The notes below the pieces were generated by a model that was not told the origin of the DNA, made no database searches, and saw nothing but the letters and a program-made list of their open reading frames with translations. From NCBI RefSeq assembly GCF_009914755.1, contig NC_060937.1: DNA of 64,000 bases; one strand, written 5' to 3'. The position numbers and the translations under genes were made by a program. Below are positions 54,801-64,000 of the stretch, in pieces. How positions within the stretch are numbered: position 1 is the stretch's first letter; every line of letters starts with the position of its first letter. Source of the DNA: the human T2T-CHM13v2.0 reference genome, Homo sapiens.

Positions 54801-55174
54801 AAGAGCGTTTCAAAACTGCTCTATCAATAGAAATGTTCAACTCCTTTGGCTGGGTACACACATCACAAACAAGTTTCTGAGAATGCTTCTGTCTAGTTTT
54901 TATGGGAAGACATTCCCTTTTTCACCAAAGGCATCAAAGCGCTCCAAATGTCCACTTCCAGACACTACAAAAAGAGTGTTTCCAACGTGCTCTAAGAAAG
55001 CGAATGTTCAACTCTGTGACTTGAATGCAGATATCACAAAGTAGTTTCTGAGAGGGCTTCTGTCTAGATTTTAGATGATGATATTCCCGTTTCCAACGAA
55101 ATCATTAGAGCTATCCAAATATCCACTTACAGTTTCTACAAAAAGAGTGTTTCCAAACTGCTGCATCAAAAGAG
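45825..55174 (-). repeat. Run of five tandem 1870 bp 11-mers (haplotype B)
   Basis: Marker ORFs at 45926, 47796, 49666, 51536, 53406 and 55276 are spaced exactly 1870 bp. Confidence 0.95.
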
Positions 55175-58100
55175 AGGTTCCACTCTGTTAGCTGAGTACA
55201 CACATCACAAACTTGTTTCTCAGAATCCTTCTGTCTCGTTTTTCTGGGAAGATATTTACTTTTTCACCGTAGGCATCAAAGCGCTCCAAATGTCCACATC
55301 CAGATACTCCAGAAAGAGTGTTTCAAACCTGCTCTATGAAAGGGAATCTTCAACTCTATGAGTTGAATGCAGACATCAGAAAGAAATTTCTGAGAATGCT
55401 GCTGTCTACCTTTTATTTGAATTCCCGCTTCCAACGAAATCCTCCAAGCTATCCAAATATCCACTTGCAGATTCCACAAAAAGAGTGTTTCAAAACTGCT
55501 CTCTATCAATGGCAAAGTTCAACTCTGTTAGTTGAGGACACATATCACCAACAAGTTTCTGAGAATGCTTCTGTCTATTTTTTATGGGAAGATATTTCCT
55601 TTTTCACCGTAGGCGTCAAGGCGATCGAAATGTCCACTTCCACAAACTACAAAAAGAGTGTTTCAAACCTGCTCTATGAAAGGCCATGTTCATCTCTATG
55701 AGTCGAATGGAAATATCCGAAAGAAATTTCTGGGAATGCTGCTGTCTAGTTTTTATACGAATTCCCGCTTCCAACGAAATCCTCAAAGCAATCCAAATAT
55801 CCACTTGCAGAATCCACAAAAAGAGTGTTTCAAAACTGCTCTATCAATAGAAAGGTTCAACTCTTTTAGTTGAGTACACACATCACAAACAAGTTTCTGA
55901 GAATGCTTCTGTCTGGCTTTTATTGGAAGACGTTTCCTTTTCACCAAAGGCATCAAAGCGCTCCAAATGTCCACTTCCAGATTCTTCCAAAAGAGTGTTT
56001 GAAACGTGCTCAAAGTAAGGGAATGTTCAACTCTGTGACTTGAATGCAGATATCACCAAGTAGTTTCTAATAGTGCTTCTGTCTAGATTTTAGATGATGA
56101 TATTCCCGTTTCCAACGAAATCGTTAGAGCTATCCAAATATCCACTTACAGTTGCTACAAAAACAGTGTTTCCAAACTGCTGCATCAAAAGAAAGGTTCA
56201 ACTCTGTTAGTTGAGGACACACGTCACAAAGAAGTTTGTGAGAATGCTTCTGTCTAGATTTTGTATGACGATATTCCCTTTTCCAACGATATCGTTAAAG
56301 CAATCTAAATATCCATTTGCAGAATCCACAAAAATAGAGTTTCAAAGCTGCTCTGTAAAAAGAAAGGTTCCACTCTGTTAGCTGAGTACACACATCACAA
56401 ACTTGTTTCTCAGAATCCTTCTGTCTCGTTTTTATGGGAAGATATTTACTTTTTCACCGTAGGCATCAAAGCGCTCCAAATGTCCACATCCAGATACTCC
56501 AGAAAGAGTGTTTCAAACCTGCTCTATGAAAGGGAATCTTCAACTCTATGAGTTGAATGCAGACATCAGAAAGAAATTTCTGAGAATGCTGCTGTCTACC
56601 TTTTATTTGAATTCCCGCTTCCAACGAAATCCTCCAAGCTATCCAAATATCCACTTGCAGATTCCACAAAAAGAGTGTTTCAAAACTGCTCTCTATCAAT
56701 GGCAAAGTTCAACTCTGTTAGTTGAGGACACATATCACCAACAAGTTTCTGAGAATGCTTCTGTCTATTTTTTATGGGAAGATATTTCCTTTTTCACCGT
56801 AGGCGTCAAGGCGATCGAAATGTCCACTTCCACAAACTACAAAAAGAGTGTTTCAAACCTGCTCTATGAAAGGCCATGTTCATCTCTATGAGTCGAATGG
56901 AAATATCCGAAAGAAATTTCTGGGAATGCTGCTGTCTAGTTTTTATACGAATTCCCGCTTCCAACGAAATCCTCAAAGCAATCCAAATATCCACTTGCAG
57001 AATCCACAAAAAGAGTGTTTCAAAACTGCTCTATCAATAGAAAGGTTCAACTCTTTTAGTTGAGTACACACATCACAAACAAGTTTCTGAGAATGCTTCT
57101 GTCTGGCTTTTATTGGAAGACGTTTCCTTTTCACCAAAGGCATCAAAGCGCTCCAAATGTCCACTTCCAGATTCTTCCAAAAGAGTGTTTGAAACGTGCT
57201 CAAAGTAAGGGAATGTTCAACTCTGTGACTTGAATGCAGATATCACCAAGTAGTTTCTAATAGTGCTTCTGTCTAGGTTTTAGATGATGATATTCCCGTT
57301 TCCAACGAAATCGTTAGAGCTATCCAAATATCCACTTACAGTTTCTACAAAAAGAGTGTTTCCAAACTGCTGCATCAAAAGAAAGGTTCAACTCTGTTAG
57401 TTGAGGACACACATCACAAAGAAGTTTGTGAGAATGCTTCTGTCTAGATTTTGTATGACCATATTCCCTTTTCCAGCGATATCATTAAAGCAATCTAAAT
57501 ATCCATTTGCAGAATCCACAAAAATAGAGTTTCAAAGCTGCTCTGTAAAAAGAAAGGTTCCACTCTGTTAGCTGAGTACACACATCACAAACTTGTTTCT
57601 CAGAATCCTTCTGTCTCGTTTTTATGGGAAGATATTTACTTTTTCACCGTAGGCATCAAAGCGCTCCAAATGTCCACATCCAGATACTCCAGAAAGAGTG
57701 TTTCAAACCTGCTCTATGAAAGGGAATCTTCAACTCTATGAGTTGAATGCAGACATCAGAAAGAAATTTCTGAGAATGCTGCTGTCTACCTTTTATTTGA
57801 ATTCCCGCTTCCAACGAAATCCTCCAAGCTATCCAAATATCCACCTGCATTTTCCACAAAAAGAGCGTTTCAAAACTGCTCTATCAATAGAAATGTTCAA
57901 CTCCTTTGGCTGGGTACACACATCACAAACAAGTTTCTGAGAATGCTTCTGTCTAGTTTTTATGGGAAGACATTCCCTTTTTCACCAAAGGCATCAAAGC
58001 GCTCCAAATGTCCACTTCCAGACACTACAAAAAGAGTGTTTCCAACGTGCTCTAAGAAAGCGAATGTTCAACTCTGTGACTTGAATGCAGATATCACAAA

Positions 58101-60104
58101 GTAGTTTCTGAGAGGGCTTCTGTCTAGATTTTAGATGATGATATTCCCGTTTCCAACGAAATCATTAGAGCTATCCAAATATCCACTTACAGTTTCTACA
58201 AAAAGAGTGTTTCCAAACTGCTGCATCAAAAGAGAGGTTCCACTCTGTTAGCTGAGTACACACATCACAAACTTGTTTCTCAGAATCCTTCTGTCTCGTT
58301 TTTCTGGGAAGATATTTACTTTTTCACCGTAGGCATCAAAGCGCTCCAAATGTCCACATCCAGATACTCCAGAAAGAGTGTTTCAAACCTGCTCTATGAA
58401 AGGGAATCTTCAACTCTATGAGTTGAATGCAGACATCAGAAAGAAATTTCTGAGAATGCTGCTGTCTACCTTTTATTTGAATTCCCGCTTCCAACGAAAT
58501 CCTCCAAGCTATCCAAATATCCACTTGCAGATTCCACAAAAAGAGTGTTTCAAAACTGCTCTCTATCAATGGCAAAGTTCAACTCTGTTAGTTGAGGACA
58601 CATATCACCAACAAGTTTCTGAGAATGCTTCTGTCTATTTTTTATGGGAAGATATTTCCTTTTTCACCGTAGGCGTCAAGGCGATCGAAATGTCCACTTC
58701 CACAAACTACAAAAAGAGTGTTTCAAACCTGCTCTATGAAAGGCCATGTTCATCTCTATGAGTCGAATGGAAATATCCGAAAGAAATTTCTGGGAATGCT
58801 GCTGTCTAGTTTTTATACGAATTCCCGCTTCCAACGAAATCCTCAAAGCAATCCAAATATCCACTTGCAGAATCCACAAAAAGAGTGTTTCAAAACTGCT
58901 CTATCAATAGAAAGGTTCAACTCTTTTAGTTGAGTACACACATCACAAACAAGTTTCTGAGAATGCTTCTGTCTGGCTTTTATTGGAAGACGTTTCCTTT
59001 TCACCAAAGGCATCAAAGCGCTCCAAATGTCCACTTCCAGATTCTTCCAAAAGAGTGTTTGAAACGTGCTCAAAGTAAGGGAATGTTCAACTCTGTGACT
59101 TGAATGCAGATATCACCAAGTAGTTTCTAATAGTGCTTCTGTCTAGATTTTAGATGATGATATTCCCGTTTCCAACGAAATCGTTAGAGCTATCCAAATA
59201 TCCACTTACAGTTTCTACAAAAAGAGTGTTTCCAAACTGCTGCATCAAAAGAAAGGTTCAACTCTGTTAGTTGAGGACACACATCACAAAGAAGTTTGTG
59301 AGAATGCTTCTGTCTAGATTTTGTATGACCATATTCCCTTTTCCAGCGATATCATTAAAGCAATCTAAATATCCATTTGCAGAATCCACAAAAATAGAGT
59401 TTCAAAGCTGCTCTGTAAAAAGAAAGGTTCCACTCTGTTAGCTGAGTACACACATCACAAACTTGTTTCTCAGAATCCTTCTGTCTCGTTTTTCTGGGAA
59501 GATATTTACTTTTTCACCGTAGGCATCAAAGCGCTCCAAATGTCCACATCCAGATACTCCAGAAAGAGTGTTTCAAACCTGCTCTATGAAAGGGAATCTT
59601 CAACTCTATGAGTTGAATGCAGACATCAGAAAGAAATTTCTGAGAATGCTGCTGTCTACCTTTTATTTGAATTCCCGCTTCCAACGAAATCCTCCAAGCT
59701 ATCCAAATATCCACCTGCATTTTCCACAAAAAGAGCGTTTCAAAACTGCTCTATCAATAGAAATGTTCAACTCCTTTGGCTGGGTACACACATCACAAAC
59801 AAGTTTCTGAGAATGCTTCTGTCTAGTTTTTATGGGAAGACATTCCCTTTTTCACCAAAGGCATCAAAGCGCTCCAAATGTCCACTTCCAGACACTACAA
59901 AAAGAGTGTTTCCAACGTGCTCTAAGAAAGCGAATGTTCAACTCTGTGACTTGAATGCAGATATCACAAAGTAGTTTCTGAGAGGGCTTCTGTCTAGATT
60001 TTAGATGATGATATTCCCGTTTCCAACGAAATCATTAGAGCTATCCAAATATCCACTTACAGTTTCTACAAAAAGAGTGTTTCCAAACTGCTGCATCAAA
60101 AGAG

Positions 60105-63100
60105 AGGTTCCACTCTGTTAGCTGAGTACACACATCACAAACTTGTTTCTCAGAATCCTTCTGTCTCGTTTTTCTGGGAAGATATTTACTTTTTCACCGT
60201 AGGCATCAAAGCGCTCCAAATGTCCACATCCAGATACTCCAGAAAGAGTGTTTCAAACCTGCTCTATGAAAGGGAATCTTCAACTCTATGAGTTGAATGC
60301 AGACATCAGAAAGAAATTTCTGAGAATGCTGCTGTCTACCTTTTATTTGAATTCCCGCTTCCAACGAAATCCTCCAAGCTATCCAAATATCCACTTGCAG
60401 ATTCCACAAAAAGAGTGTTTCAAAACTGCTCTCTATCAATGGCAAAGTTCAACTCTGTTAGTTGAGGACACATATCACCAACAAGTTTCTGAGAATGCTT
60501 CTGTCTATTTTTTATGGGAAGATATTTCCTTTTTCACCGTAGGCGTCAAGGCGATCGAAATGTCCACTTCCACAAACTACAAAAAGAGTGTTTCAAACCT
60601 GCTCTATGAAAGGCCATGTTCATCTCTATGAGTCGAATGGAAATATCCGAAAGAAATTTCTGGGAATGCTGCTGTCTAGTTTTTATACGAATTCCCGCTT
60701 CCAACGAAATCCTCAAAGCAATCCAAATATCCACTTGCAGAATCCACAAAAAGAGTGTTTCAAAACTGCTCTATCAATAGAAAGGTTCAACTCTTTTAGT
60801 TGAGTACACACATCACAAACAAGTTTCTGAGAATGCTTCTGTCTGGCTTTTATTGGAAGACGTTTCCTTTTCACCAAAGGCATCAAAGCGCTCCAAATGT
60901 CCACTTCCAGATTCTTCCAAAAGAGTGTTTGAAACGTGCTCAAAGTAAGGGAATGTTCAACTCTGTGACTTGAATGCAGATATCACCAAGTAGTTTCTAA
61001 TAGTGCTTCTGTCTAGATTTTAGATGATGATATTCCCGTTTCCAACGAAATCGTTAGAGCTATCCAAATATCCACTTACAGTTGCTACAAAAACAGTGTT
61101 TCCAAACTGCTGCATCAAAAGAAAGGTTCAACTCTGTTAGTTGAGGACACACGTCACAAAGAAGTTTGTGAGAATGCTTCTGTCTAGATTTTGTATGACG
61201 ATATTCCCTTTTCCAACGATATCATTAAAGCAATCTAAATATCCATTTGCAGAATCCACAAAAATAGAGTTTCAAAGCTGCTCTGTAAAAAGAAAGGTTC
61301 CACTCTGTTAGCTGAGTACACACATCACAAACTTGTTTCTCAGAATCCTTCTGTCTCGTTTTTATGGGAAGATATTTACTTTTTCACCGTAGGCATCAAA
61401 GCGCTCCAAATGTCCACATCCAGATACTCCAGAAAGAGTGTTTCAAACCTGCTCTATGAAAGGGAATCTTCAACTCTATGAGTTGAATGCAGACATCAGA
61501 AAGAAATTTCTGAGAATGCTGCTGTCTACCTTTTATTTGAATTCCCGCTTCCAACGAAATCCTCCAAGCTATCCAAATATCCACTTGCAGATTCCACAAA
61601 AAGAGTGTTTCAAAACTGCTCTCTATCAATGGCAAAGTTCAACTCTGTTAGTTGAGGACACATATCACCAACAAGTTTCTGAGAATGCTTCTGTCTATTT
61701 TTTATGGGAAGATATTTCCTTTTTCACCGTAGGCGTCAAGGCGATCGAAATGTCCACTTCCACAAACTACAAAAAGAGTGTTTCAAACCTGCTCTATGAA
61801 AGGCCATGTTCATCTCTATGAGTCGAATGGAAATATCCGAAAGAAATTTCTGGGAATGCTGCTGTCTAGTTTTTATACGAATTCCCGCTTCCAACGAAAT
61901 CCTCAAAGCAATCCAAATATCCACTTGCAGAATCCACAAAAAGAGTGTTTCAAAACTGCTCTATCAATAGAAAGGTTCAACTCTTTTAGTTGAGTACACA
62001 CATCACAAACAAGTTTCTGAGAATGCTTCTGTCTGGCTTTTATTGGAAGACGTTTCCTTTTCACCAAAGGCATCAAAGCGCTCCAAATGTCCACTTCCAG
62101 ATTCTTCCAAAAGAGTGTTTGAAACGTGCTCAAAGTAAGGGAATGTTCAACTCTGTGACTTGAATGCAGATATCACCAAGTAGTTTCTAATAGTGCTTCT
62201 GTCTAGATTTTAGATGATGATATTCCCGTTTCCAACGAAATCGTTAGAGCTATCCAAATATCCACTTACAGTTGCTACAAAAACAGTGTTTCCAAACTGC
62301 TGCATCAAAAGAAAGGTTCAACTCTGTTAGTTGAGGACACACGTCACAAAGAAGTTTGTGAGAATGCTTCTGTCTAGATTTTGTATGACGATATTCCCTT
62401 TTCCAACGATATCATTAAAGCAATCTAAATATCCATTTGCAGAATCCACAAAAATAGAGTTTCAAAGCTGCTCTGTAAAAAGAAAGGTTCCACTCTGTTA
62501 GCTGAGTACACACATCACAAACTTGTTTCTCAGAATCCTTCTGTCTCGTTTTTATGGGAAGATATTTACTTTTTCACCGTAGGCATCAAAGCGCTCCAAA
62601 TGTCCACATCCAGATACTCCAGAAAGAGTGTTTCAAACCTGCTCTATGAAAGGGAATCTTCAACTCTATGAGTTGAATGCAGACATCAGAAAGAAATTTC
62701 TGAGAATGCTGCTGTCTACCTTTTATTTGAATTCCCGCTTCCAACGAAATCCTCCAAGCTATCCAAATATCCACTTGCAGATTCCACAAAAAGAGTGTTT
62801 CAAAACTGCTCTCTATCAATGGCAAAGTTCAACTCTGTTAGTTGAGGACACATATCACCAACAAGTTTCTGAGAATGCTTCTGTCTATTTTTTATGGGAA
62901 GATATTTCCTTTTTCACCGTAGGCGTCAAGGCGATCGAAATGTCCACTTCCACAAACTACAAAAAGAGTGTTTCAAACCTGCTCTATGAAAGGCCATGTT
63001 CATCTCTATGAGTCGAATGGAAATATCCGAAAGAAATTTCTGGGAATGCTGCTGTCTAGTTTTTATACGAATTCCCGCTTCCAACGAAATCCTCAAAGCA

Positions 63101-64000
63101 ATCCAAATATCCACTTGCAGAATCCACAAAAAGAGTGTTTCAAAACTGCTCTATCAATAGAAAGGTTCAACTCTTTTAGTTGAGTACACACATCACAAAC
63201 AAGTTTCTGAGAATGCTTCTGTCTGGCTTTTATTGGAAGACGTTTCCTTTTCACCAAAGGCATCAAAGCGCTCCAAATGTCCACTTCCAGATTCTTCCAA
63301 AAGAGTGTTTGAAACGTGCTCAAAGTAAGGGAATGTTCAACTCTGTGACTTGAATGCAGATATCACCAAGTAGTTTCTAATAGTGCTTCTGTCTAGATTT
63401 TAGATGATGATATTCCCGTTTCCAACGAAATCGTTAGAGCTATCCAAATATCCACTTACAGTTGCTACAAAAACAGTGTTTCCAAACTGCTGCATCAAAA
63501 GAAAGGTTCAACTCTGTTAGTTGAGGACACACGTCACAAAGAAGTTTGTGAGAATGCTTCTGTCTAGATTTTGTATGACGATATTCCCTTTTCCAACGAT
63601 ATCATTAAAGCAATCTAAATATCCATTTGCAGAATCCACAAAAATAGAGTTTCAAAGCTGCTCTGTAAAAAGAAAGGTTCCACTCTGTTAGCTGAGTACA
63701 CACATCACAAACTTGTTTCTCAGAATCCTTCTGTCTCGTTTTTCTGGGAAGATATTTACTTTTTCACCGTAGGCATCAAAGCGCTCCAAATGTCCACATC
63801 CAGATACTCCAGAAAGAGTGTTTCAAACCTGCTCTATGAAAGGGAATCTTCAACTCTATGAGTTGAATGCAGACATCAGAAAGAAATTTCTGAGAATGCT
63901 GCTGTCTACCTTTTATTTGAATTCCCGCTTCCAACGAAATCCTCCAAGCTATCCAAATATCCACTTGCAGATTCCACAAAAAGAGTGTTTCAAAACTGCT
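60105..64000 (-). repeat. Run of at least three 7-mers sharing a private variant
   Basis: 1190 bp period, with a shared G>A at 61224, 62414 and 63604. Confidence 0.9.

Larger units (their letters stand above)
1..64000 (-). repeat. Alpha-satellite higher-order-repeat array (centromeric, live-type HOR)
   Basis: Continuous ~171 bp monomers. In the first block the tgtct register falls at 1, 172, 343, 512, 683, 850, 1020 and 1191, giving lengths 171/171/169/171/167/170/171. Monomers within a block are clearly diverged while blocks are near-identical. Regular CENP-B boxes. One orientation throughout. Confidence 0.99.

Noticed and set aside
115-63674. The L/S order as a deliberate code or novel system
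   Set aside because: The pattern is adequately explained by nested tandem duplications and unequal exchange. Nothing in the sequence supports a function for it.
216-63979. Several hundred 63-127 aa ORFs on both strands (e.g. 258-641, 127 aa)
   Set aside because: They are identical translations recurring with the HOR period, overlap on both strands, often use non-ATG starts and show no recognisable domain. They are chance open frames of alpha satellite.
1-64000. CRISPR-like regularly spaced motifs
   Set aside because: The recurring 17-mers are CENP-B and pJalpha boxes. The intervening sequence is repeated rather than unique spacer, and there are no cas genes.
1-64000. L1/Alu insertion, inversion or hidden non-satellite insert
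   Set aside because: Block lengths sum exactly (42 L + 20 S = 63,560 bp between markers 216 and 63776), leaving no room for an insert. All CENP-B boxes I read share one orientation.
1-64000. Assignment to other SF2 arrays with 11/7/4-mer variants (D8Z2, D9Z4)
   Set aside because: The sequence and EcoRI pattern match my recollection of the chr13/21 alphoid family better. These alternatives are not excluded without alignment.

Overview
The whole 64 kb window is one uninterrupted, single-orientation array of primate alpha-satellite DNA (about 376 monomers of 167-171 bp), with CENP-B boxes reading on the minus strand. I found no genes, RNA genes, transposon insertions, inversions or CRISPR arrays; every ORF in the supplied track is a by-product of the repeat. 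The array parses exactly into 42 complete 7-monomer blocks (L, 1188-1190 bp) and 20 4-monomer blocks (S, 677-680 bp). That gives 19 canonical 11-mers (L+S), 23 stand-alone 7-mers and one extra 4-mer. Block order from position 115: LSLLSLLLSLLSLLLLSLLSLLSLLLLSSLLSLLSLLLLSLSLLLSLSLSLSLSLLSLSLLL(L). The sequence, the five CENP-B boxes per 11-mer and the 340/680/850 bp EcoRI spacing fit the human SF2 chr13/21 live HOR family (D13Z1/D21Z1). The abundance of 7-mers suggests D13Z1, but that is an inference. I cannot support a novel gene system here. The interesting signal is the array's internal history: SNP haplotypes linked to HOR structure, two 4-mer lineages, an 8,498 bp tandem duplication, variant gradients and recombinant units.
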